Source: Rhizophagus irregularis (lineage: Eukaryota). From it: a DNA stretch of 64,000 bases. The DNA is taken from contig NC_089429.1 in the NCBI RefSeq assembly GCF_026210795.1, positions 5,270,001-5,334,000 of the forward strand. The letters run 5' to 3'. A program made the translations under genes and the position numbers. Below are positions 53,473 to 61,811 of this stretch, in pieces. The notes under the pieces were generated by a model. It searched no databases, was not told the DNA's origin, and saw only the letters and a list, made by a program, of their open reading frames with translations. Each line of letters opens with the position of its first letter. The stretch's first letter is position 1.

Positions 53473-54890
53473 GACCCAACACGAACCATATAGACATCAC
53501 CATCTTTTTCTCTCAATTCTACCTTTTCACCAAAACTCACAGTATCAATGTCCATAGCATCATCATTAAGATCGAGGTTTCTCATTGCTCGGGCCAAATC
53601 CAGATCATCACGTCTATCTTTAGCCTTCTGAAGTTATTTTGTAAGTATTTTAGACGTCCCATGTTTATATCCCATAATAAGATCAATAGCATTTTGATGA
53701 TCATCCAAAGTCCACTCAGGAGCATCAGGATCATCACCAACATCAGGTTCTACATAACCATCATCCCAATCAGGATCCTGATGATCCTGAACAACACGTC
53801 TCTGTGGTTTTAGTCGAACAGGTTTAATCTGCTGTCTATAGACTGGTGGATTACGAACTGGCCGAGCCTGTAATTGTTTAAATTGCACCTGAAAATTCTT
53901 GGTAAGTTCCTCAGCTTGAGCCTTAAGTAACTCTTGTAATTGTTCTTGAGTAACCCCAGATGACTTTGATGTCAGTACGACAGGTTCCTGTTTTCCTAAC
54001 GGAGGTTGAGTTACATCACTGTAATCTGCTTGAAGTCGTCGATTTCTATCTTGTAACCCCAAGCGCATTTCAGCCCTTCTCCGTTCTAAATTTCTCAGAT
54101 GTTTAACCAAGTCATCAGGATTAAGATTACTAAACCTTTCTGCTTCAAAAATATTATCAGCCGAAAGACCTCTAAAGAACTGGTCGATAATAAGATCATC
54201 AGTTAGTTTTAGTAATTTTCCAGCCCTCTTTACAGTTCTATAAAATGCATCAACTGGCTCATTTTCCTGATAAAGACTGTTAAAACGGATACGTTTCTTT
54301 TCATCTAAAATAGTTGGAAATTGTGTTCTAAGCCAATAAAGCGCCTGGTTAGGTTTAATACCTGGAAAAACTATAGGATGATTATTAGCAGCAGCAACAC
54401 CAGCATCTGCAGTAGCTGGAGCAACTCTATCTGTCGGACGAGCACCAGCTCTTCCCCAAGTTTTATCTCCACCTATTAAATCATGGGTAGGAATAAATGC
54501 TGCTCTAATAGTTACTAATGCATTAGCTGCATCTGTAGCATAAACATGTGCTTCAGACCCATTTACATAGGTACCTGCATTTGGTCCTCCTGCACCTTCT
54601 GGTATTACTAATGCTACAAAAGCAGCTAAATTAGCTCCACCTCTTGAAGTGATACCAGAAAGTTCCCAATTTTTTCCTGTAATTTCTCGATCAAACCATT
54701 CAGCCGCTTCACCAGCCATGCAGCTTCTAAGTATACCCATAGCTCTTTTCCAAGACTCTGGTGGCCCTCCAGCAGCGTATGGGTTAAGATTAATAGTATC
54801 AAGATAACCCATATAAAGCCTAACAAATGTATCAATATCATCAGTAGCTTTACCCTCAAAAATCGGCAATTCTATCGCAGTGGTAGCCAT
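53460..54890 (-). CDS. gag: Ty3/gypsy-like Gag (capsid) protein; TAA at 53634-53636 is probably premature, and the frame continues to TAG at 53460-53462
   Basis: LPIFEGKATDDIDTF, LRSCMAGEAAEWF and MHR-like FNSLYQENEPVDAFY..LIIDQFFRGL. The read-through tail is LQKAKDRRDDLDLARAMRNLDLNDDAMDID...GSKKK*. Confidence 0.78.
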
Positions 54891-54943
54891 ATCGTCTCTA
54901 GTGGATTGTTTAAAAGAGGTGGAGGAGGGTTCAATTGTCTAAT

Positions 54944-55669
54944 TCAAAACCATTGTACCTGAATTCTAAGAGCAGCTATCTGTTGGAAAAGTCTATTCCT
55001 AAGTCTCCCTAATGTCTGAATCCCAAAACGCACCCTATTATTAGCATGTGCTAGCTGTGCATTAACCTGTCCAAGTTGCGCATTAACCAATACAAGTTGT
55101 CCTCCAGTCCGAGTAGCCCTCAGCCGCCAATGATTTAAAAGGATATTACCACGATTCACAGCATTTTGAGCTTCATTATGATTCCTTACTGCTTGAGTAT
55201 AATCTGCTTGTAATACATTACGTTCATGTCGTGCCTGATTACGTTCACCTATAGCCCGTCGACGAAGCTCTACCATAGTATCATAATCTCTTTGCAGGTT
55301 ATAGTTTTCTTCTATGAAATTATCATTGGCAGCACGTATAATAACTAATTGACGTTCTAAATTAGTAAACGTTTCATCAAATGCATTTATCTTACCTTGT
55401 GCAAAAACTAACAAATCTTTTGTAATACCAAGTTCTTCATGTTTTGCTTTACAGCGATACATTAATATATTAATAATATGTTTGATTTGATTATTTGCCT
55501 CCTGTATCTCTGAATCAACAGTTAAACGACCCCTGGTAGTTAATAAATTTGCATGAGCCTTTAGTATTCTAACTAATTCATCATCGACTTTTTCATTGAC
55601 CAAGTGTGCAGGAGGCAGTCCAGTAGGTTCTGAAGGAGTATAAACTGAAATTGGTGTTGATGTCAACAT
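54944..55669 (-). CDS. Coiled-coil protein directly upstream of gag, possibly its original N-terminal extension
   Basis: 241-aa heptad-rich ORF. Past the TGA it reads IRQLNPPPPLLNNP up to the gag ATG, which is one base out of frame. Confidence 0.65.
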   Translation of the reverse strand: MLTSTPISVYTPSEPTGLPPAHLVNEKVDDELVRILKAHANLLTTRGRLTVDSEIQEANNQIKHIINILMYRCKAKHEELGITKDLLVFAQGKINAFDETFTNLERQLVIIRAANDNFIEENYNLQRDYDTMVELRRRAIGERNQARHERNVLQADYTQAVRNHNEAQNAVNRGNILLNHWRLRATRTGGQLVLVNAQLGQVNAQLAHANNRVRFGIQTLGRLRNRLFQQIAALRIQVQWF

Positions 55670-55700
55670 AGTATTTAAACTAAGTTAGAATAAAATTCAA

Positions 55701-56924
55701 ATGGATCTTTATGTATACAATTTGGACGAGTACACGACCGACTCAAGACAAGGCAATGAGTTTGCTCCATCATGGCCCTTTCGATTAGCCGTAGCAGGTA
55801 GCTCAGACTCAGGTAAGACAACTATGATCATTAATTTGTTAATGGGTGACAAGAAAGCAAAGGAGGATGGTAATCGGTATGTACTATGTGATGCAGTACT
55901 TTTAGTTGGCAGATATCTTGACGAGCCGAAGTGGGCAGTTGTACATGATTTTTTTGAAGAGGAGAAGATCCCATTCACTGCAATAACTCATAGTGAGATT
56001 CCAGAGATTGACTCTTTCGACCCTACTCAAGCTACTGTGGTAATCTTCGAGGATCTGATGGATGCACCTAAAAAAATCCAGGATCTCATCACTGGTTACT
56101 TTATACATAGACGACACAAAAATATTTCATGTATTTATGTAGCCCAAAGATTCTTTGCCATTCCTAAGGCTATTCGAGAAAATGTTAACTACATCTCACT
56201 ACATGGAGGTCATGGGAGCCTTACAGATACTAAGAGAATCATCCGCCTATATACAGAAGAATCAGAATCATTAGCACCAGTAATTGATGATCTTACTCTG
56301 CAACGTGAATTTGTAGTGTTTGATCTTAGATGGTCCAAGAGTGATCTACTGTCCATTCGAGTAAGATGGGATACTAGTCTCAGTTCTATCACAGAGCAAT
56401 TTCAGTTCGATCCTAGTTCAATCTCAGTTCAATCTCAGTTTGATCCAAGTTTGAACCCAGTTCGATCTCAGTCTGAACCCAGTTCAATCACAGTTCGATC
56501 CAAGTTTAGTCCCTATGGTCAGAAAGCTGTATTTGAAGCAAAAAAAGGTGGACACTTGATTGAATTTGCTCGGGTATTTCCATCCCCTAAAGAACGTCAA
56601 CATTTACTTGTACCTGGTGTCTTAGCCAAGAATGCAGATACCTGGATTAAATATGTCTTTTGGGAAGCTTATGGACTCTCTGGTAAGACCATAGGAGCTG
56701 ACTTTCAGGATTTCTTAGCAAAAGTACAGGGTAGGACTGCAAAGACTGAAACTCTGAAAACTGAGAATGTGAAGGAGTTATTCTCCCGATATGAAGCCCT
56801 GAAGTCTAGTCGCCCTCTGGATAATAAACAAATAATAGAAGGTATTGAAGTCCTTCTACAAATCTTTTCTAAGAGTCACATGGACCGTCGAGCATTACAA
56901 GTAGGGATTAATAGTATCTTGTAA
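55701..56924 (+). CDS. A32-like (FtsK/HerA superfamily) genome-packaging ATPase with a C-terminal extension
   Basis: Walker A AVAGSSDSGKTT, Walker B VVIFEDL, and signature RRHKNISCIYVAQRFFAIPKAIRENVNY (GRH..IS....Q....IP..IR.N type). Confidence 0.88.
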   Translation: MDLYVYNLDEYTTDSRQGNEFAPSWPFRLAVAGSSDSGKTTMIINLLMGDKKAKEDGNRYVLCDAVLLVGRYLDEPKWAVVHDFFEEEKIPFTAITHSEIPEIDSFDPTQATVVIFEDLMDAPKKIQDLITGYFIHRRHKNISCIYVAQRFFAIPKAIRENVNYISLHGGHGSLTDTKRIIRLYTEESESLAPVIDDLTLQREFVVFDLRWSKSDLLSIRVRWDTSLSSITEQFQFDPSSISVQSQFDPSLNPVRSQSEPSSITVRSKFSPYGQKAVFEAKKGGHLIEFARVFPSPKERQHLLVPGVLAKNADTWIKYVFWEAYGLSGKTIGADFQDFLAKVQGRTAKTETLKTENVKELFSRYEALKSSRPLDNKQIIEGIEVLLQIFSKSHMDRRALQVGINSIL

Positions 56925-57468
56925 GAATATCAAGTAATTCGTCTGCAGAAGCTCTAAGAATCATAGCACTTTTTTTACGGCCTTCAAAGTCAATCCTTAA
57001 CATCCTAGCTTTTAACCCAATAGCTCCTAAGGCTCGAGAAGCAAAGTTCTTAGTCATCGGATTTCTTACATGACTTACATAGTTCTCATAGAATATAGTA
57101 AAGGGTTCATCAATACCATCCGGGTATGTATTCCGTAAGAACTGATATAAGGCAATTTCCCCACTGTCACATCCAATGGCTATAAGCTGTTCAAGAAGCC
57201 ACTTCCTAATATCTTCATATGGCTCTCCATCCATAATTTTCATATCCAGTCTTTGTGTAAACAATTGTGTAAAGTCCACATTACTTCCCCGATGAATGAT
57301 CTGAACTAACTTATCCCTAGCAAGTCCCAAGGCTTGTAGAGGGTCATTCTCATCACTAATCTTCTTTATAATCTGTCTGTATAATACACTGGATAATCCT
57401 CTATATGCTGTTTTTGGAGTGATTACTCTACAGTTTTGGCACTGGTTTATTACGATTGATGTTGACAT
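56908..57468 (-). CDS. Hypothetical protein with a C-terminal winged-helix-like segment resembling that of the element's helicase
   Basis: FTIFYENYVSHVRNPMTKNFASRALGAIGLKARMLRI aligns by eye with helicase VQEFYRVYTSYC..TPLSKINASRILSNELGINSRKIRV. Confidence 0.6.
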   Translation of the reverse strand: MSTSIVINQCQNCRVITPKTAYRGLSSVLYRQIIKKISDENDPLQALGLARDKLVQIIHRGSNVDFTQLFTQRLDMKIMDGEPYEDIRKWLLEQLIAIGCDSGEIALYQFLRNTYPDGIDEPFTIFYENYVSHVRNPMTKNFASRALGAIGLKARMLRIDFEGRKKSAMILRASADELLDILTRYY

Positions 57469-57513
57469 GGCTATCTTTCTTTATGTAAAAAAGAATTATT
57501 CAAAATTAAGTAA

Positions 57514-58092
57514 CTATTCGGAGCAGTCCTTGCACAACTTGTCCGTTAAGTCACTTGGGCTTACAGGCATGAGACATTCCCTACACAACTCAATATTAAG
57601 CTCTGCAAGTCTCGGGGTATGGTCCTCCAAAGTTCGTGGACGACCGGAAGGACCGATAGTTGTCATATCAGTCATATCCTGCTGTAAGATAAAATCATCA
57701 TATTCATCTTGGTCAGCCTGAATAGCAGTCCTGATTTGTTGTATATCATTGAAAGTTAACCGCTGCCCATCAAGATTTTCCTCATTATAGCGTGTTTCAT
57801 TGATGATTTCCTCTATAAGCGCCTCTTCTTCATAATGGACAAGGTAGTAATCCTCAACTACCTCATAGTCACTCTCAATCAGTCTATGATATGTTCTAGT
57901 ACCACGTCGAACATAACGTCCTGTATCTGTATTTAAATATACAGGTTGCTCTTCAGGTGGAGGTGCAGTTTGTCTACAGACAAGCCTTCCATCAATATAA
58001 TCATGGGATTCCATAACTATTCGATTAAAGGTATCTCCACCGATAATAATTGGACGTCCAGTTATAGGGTTAGCTATATAAGGGTAAGACAT
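57514..58092 (-). CDS. Protein with two 2-cysteine-adaptor-like (NPxTGR) motifs and a C-terminal Cys4 zinc finger
   Basis: NPITGRPIIIGGDTFNRI and NTDTGRYVRRGTRTYHRL; CRECLMP...LCKDC. Confidence 0.62.
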   Translation of the reverse strand: MSYPYIANPITGRPIIIGGDTFNRIVMESHDYIDGRLVCRQTAPPPEEQPVYLNTDTGRYVRRGTRTYHRLIESDYEVVEDYYLVHYEEEALIEEIINETRYNEENLDGQRLTFNDIQQIRTAIQADQDEYDDFILQQDMTDMTTIGPSGRPRTLEDHTPRLAELNIELCRECLMPVSPSDLTDKLCKDCSE

Positions 58093-58153
58093 GTCTTTTT
58101 TCTGTACGTGTCTACATACCTAATAGTTTTCTTCAATTTACAATAACCAAGTG

Positions 58154-58410
58154 ACACGGTCATCAGTCCTTATCAAAAAATACGAGAATACCTGATAACG
58201 AGATTACATGGTCATCAATCCTTATCGAAAAATACAAGAATACCTAATGACGAGGTTACATGGTCATCAATTCTTGTCGAAAAATACAAGAATATCTGAT
58301 GATAATGTTACATGATCATCAGTCATTGTTGCGAAACACGAGGATACCTGATAATAAGATTACATGGTCATCAGTCCTTGTCGCGAAACATGAGGATACC
58401 TGATGAATAA
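58154..58410. repeat. Five tandem 52-bp repeats in the element's main intergenic gap
   Basis: Units starting acatggtcatc(a)-like at 58154, 58206, 58258, 58310 and 58362. Confidence 0.92.
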
Positions 58411-58776
58411 GTTATTGGATTATTGGCCTAAAATGCATTCATGGAAAAACCGTGGAATTTTTTACAGTACAGTGTATAAAAAAAGTGCTAAACTTTGAGA
58501 TCGGGACACGATGTCTCGATCTAATAATTTCGATGTCATGTGACTTCATGCGGTACGTAGATCATTTCCTTTTTGGGCGATACCCGTTCCACAAAAATCG
58601 ATTTTGGTAAAAATGCGTTTGGAATCTTGTGTAACATAAATTTCCTTTTTAGGTAATTCGGGATTACGCGGTAATGCCGGCCGGATCTAAAAAATATGAC
58701 TCTGCAGGGTAATTCCTACAAAAGTCAAGTACAAAATGCTTATTCCTGTTGAGTCCATTCATTCCACTCCCAGTCC

Positions 58777-59151
58777 CTAAGGATTGCCTCCCCATCTATG
58801 TTCACTTAATGCATGCTCTATGGTTTCCCTCTCTTGGGGGTCCACGACCATCCCATTCCTAAGCATTTTCTCCATAATATAAAGCTGATCCTCGGTGAGG
58901 CGGTCTATCCATCTTTTATAGAAGTCGTTTACATCTTCAAATGTTATCCAGTTAACATTCCCTTTTTCGAATGGCTTTCCAAGAGCTCGGACATACCCGA
59001 TCGTAGTGGCATAATTTTTCCACCTCTTATATGCCTCTTGACGAACTTCCTGCCACCACACTCTATCTACCTTACTCGCTGCAATAAGGTCAGTATCCGG
59101 GATCTTTGCGACAATGCGTTTGACTATTTCTACTGGTAATCAGTCCAACAT
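58777..59151 (-). pseudogene. F-box protein with a stop at codon 4
   Basis: From the ATG at 59151: MLD*LPVEIVKRIVAKIPDTDLIAASKVDRVWWQEV, in frame with ORF 58777-59061. It fits the F-box pattern LP.EI...I......DL...S.V.R.W. Confidence 0.72.
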
Positions 59152-59260
59152 GATGTTATGTTACTCATACTATAGCTATCTTCAATTACTGTATGCCTAT
59201 TACACATGGATAAAAAATATAAACTAAATTCGTACAGGATCGTAGGACCACAGGAGCCGC

Positions 59261-59731
59261 TTATGCAAGAAGTTCTGTTAAGGTTTTCTCAGCCTCGTTT
59301 TTAGTAATAGCTCGCTTTGGGGGACCGGTTGATGAGTCCTTAGTCGCATTATAATACAATTCGAAGAGGGCCTCAAGCTTATCTAGGAGAGCTTGTTTAT
59401 TCTTGTATGATTCACGGATTTTTGCTATCTTAGCAGTATATGCCGCATTATCTGGGAAGAGTTTTCTGGCCACGAACTTCACATATGATACAGGAGACCT
59501 TGCCGTCTGGATTCTCTTGATATACTTCACATGATCCTGGACAAGGTAGCTGGTTTTGCTAAACCCAGATACTAATGCGACTACTATAGTGTCCTTCAAT
59601 GCACGGATAATCTTGAGGACAGTTTCATCAGAGATAATGGTGAACTGATTGCGTGATGCCTCATAGATAACTTCCTCACTAGTACTGTCAGTGCTATTAA
59701 CAATGCTTGCTAATTCAGTATATGTTGACAT
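59261..59731 (-). CDS. Hypothetical 156-aa helical protein of the element
   Basis: Intact ATG-started ORF with element-like composition, co-oriented with polB. No motif recognised. Confidence 0.65.
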   Translation of the reverse strand: MSTYTELASIVNSTDSTSEEVIYEASRNQFTIISDETVLKIIRALKDTIVVALVSGFSKTSYLVQDHVKYIKRIQTARSPVSYVKFVARKLFPDNAAYTAKIAKIRESYKNKQALLDKLEALFELYYNATKDSSTGPPKRAITKNEAEKTLTELLA

Positions 59732-59844
59732 GATTCCTTATACTTTTTTGTACTTTGTAATAAATAGGAATCTTCAAATTGACTTTACATTCAAGCAAGA
59801 AAAAATATATATACCTACTGTAAACCCAACCGCATTCTTGGCAA

Positions 59845-61728
59845 TCATGTCCAGATAACCTTGTTTGCATTTTTCACATGGCAGTATCCTGCGGTTTCAA
59901 ACTTGAGAGCTTTCAATGCTTTGGATGCATTTTCTGGACAAGTGATAAGTGTAGGACTACTCGGCTGTTCCTCTAGAATAAATCCATCTGTATGGATGCG
60001 TCGTACTTTATCCTTATATGGTTCTAATAACTCTAAAGTCGTCTTCCGTCCATGTGCTAATAAGAATGGAGCGATCCTAGGATACTCACCCTTGAAGGGA
60101 CTACCTGGATTTGTGAACTGGAATCGCCACTGGTCAGATCCTACTGGTATGATGGAGTCAAGTGTGTGGCCTTCCAGAAACTTGAATAGATCTGTTTGAT
60201 CTGTGGTGAGTGTCTTGTAATTGCGTTTCCTCTGGCAGAGTGCTCCCCATAATGTATTAAGAACTCTCTTTGCAACACGACCAGCCACGCCACCCTGGTT
60301 CTTTATATTGAAGAGAAAGTGAACATACTCACCAAATATTACAGTCCCAGGAATTCTTGCTTCTCTGTCATATATCAAGGCATTTGGCTTTCCATCCTGG
60401 ATTAACTGTATATCGAGACCAAGTTTCTTTGCTCGTTGTAAGTCAATGAATGTATAGACTCCCCTCTTATTCTGTCGGAAGAGAATGTCATTACCACTTA
60501 CCTTGCCCCTTTGGGGCGCTCTCTGGGAGCTAGCACGAAATAATCCATACAAGGCATAACCTCTGTGGTCTACAAAGTCTTTGAGTATTTGAAACTTACC
60601 TTGTCGGATTGGAAAGTTTGCATTTGATTGCTGGATACTTGGATACAAACTTGTCACATCGTATTGCCTTCCATAGCCCTTCCATTCATTGTCTGCCCAG
60701 ATAAGACCTCCCATCATTGCATCATTTATCCACTCTGCTTCGACTGGATCAAGAGGATCATTAGCTGGAACTCCTACACTAAACCGTTCGAAAAGCCAGA
60801 GAGCAGTTCTCTTATATGACCAGTTGTGGTAAGATAAGTCGATTCTTAGACCGAACTTCTTTGTAGCCTGTAGAAAGGAATCCCGCTCTTCATGGATCCT
60901 CTGGTATATTTCCTCAAGTGTTTCATATATTCCAGTTTTACGATTCTTCTCAATAGGGATGAAGGAGTAACTATCAGAGTTCTTACCTTTCTGAAACTGT
61001 CTAACTGTAAGAGACTTAACTGTTTTACCATTGTATATTGTTACTACATTATTAACCCCATCTTCACGATAAACAAAGAGAGACTTTTGTTTTCTATCTA
61101 ATTTACTAGGGTGGAGTCTTCCGGGATTCAGTGCAAGAGAGTAGTGGCCTTCAGACAGGATGAGAGTTGCACGTCTGTCAGATTTGCTCTTGGAAATTCG
61201 AGTAGAATCCCCTACAATATTAAGTGCAAGGCTTCCTGCAAGTTGTTCAACCTTATCCATATATGAGACTGGAACTGGAGCATCACGATTGAGATCTAAT
61301 GCCTTTTTGATATATTCGGGCTTCTTTATAGTCTCGGGTATTTTAGAGAATATACCATAGATATGCTTCAGGCATTCATACAGGCAATCATTTAGCTTCC
61401 CGTTGCAACCTCCTGCAACCGGTGGGGCATCTCTCATATAAATTATGAATCGTTCAAAATAATCAGGGTCTGCGTCATCCGGTAGTTGTGCTTCGTCGTA
61501 GTGGTCCAAGAGTGAGAAGAGGCTGGCTGGTTGGTTTCCTGATGTCCATCCACCGGGTTTCCAGTTTTCATAGGGGAGCAGGATCTGAAATTTATGTGTC
61601 GGATACCGGGATTGGAGTCGCTGTCCAAGTCTTGCTATTGCTCCTCTGGAAAATCTTGCGCCTGAATACTGTAATTCTTTGATATCCGGTCTTGTAGGTA
61701 AAGCACAGACAATCTCTGAATAAACCAT
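59845..61728 (-). CDS. polB: Divergent family B DNA polymerase (Polinton/protein-primed type likely)
   Basis: MMGGL, motif A QYDVTSLYPS, motif B KRVLNTLWGAL and motif C RIHTDGF. The N-terminal NDCLYECL...GHYSL is a possible OTU-like Cys/His pair. Confidence 0.85.
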   Translation of the reverse strand: MVYSEIVCALPTRPDIKELQYSGARFSRGAIARLGQRLQSRYPTHKFQILLPYENWKPGGWTSGNQPASLFSLLDHYDEAQLPDDADPDYFERFIIYMRDAPPVAGGCNGKLNDCLYECLKHIYGIFSKIPETIKKPEYIKKALDLNRDAPVPVSYMDKVEQLAGSLALNIVGDSTRISKSKSDRRATLILSEGHYSLALNPGRLHPSKLDRKQKSLFVYREDGVNNVVTIYNGKTVKSLTVRQFQKGKNSDSYSFIPIEKNRKTGIYETLEEIYQRIHEERDSFLQATKKFGLRIDLSYHNWSYKRTALWLFERFSVGVPANDPLDPVEAEWINDAMMGGLIWADNEWKGYGRQYDVTSLYPSIQQSNANFPIRQGKFQILKDFVDHRGYALYGLFRASSQRAPQRGKVSGNDILFRQNKRGVYTFIDLQRAKKLGLDIQLIQDGKPNALIYDREARIPGTVIFGEYVHFLFNIKNQGGVAGRVAKRVLNTLWGALCQRKRNYKTLTTDQTDLFKFLEGHTLDSIIPVGSDQWRFQFTNPGSPFKGEYPRIAPFLLAHGRKTTLELLEPYKDKVRRIHTDGFILEEQPSSPTLITCPENASKALKALKFETAGYCHVKNANKVIWT

Positions 61729-61811
61729 TTGATGTATTTATGAATTGTGTTCAGTTGTAATATAGGTTTTTTATACAAAAAATATAAGATAACTAAGAGG
61801 TGCTTATCTTA

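Noticed and set aside
51467..55669. Ordinary LTR retrotransposon (gag-pro-int)
   Set aside because: There are no RT, RNase H or LTRs, and the integrase is convergent with gag-pro rather than part of a pol ORF. An old nested remnant is not fully excluded without other copies.
58154..58410. CRISPR-like appearance of regular repeats
   Set aside because: The units are similar over their whole 52 bp with no unique spacers. There are no cas genes and the context is eukaryotic.
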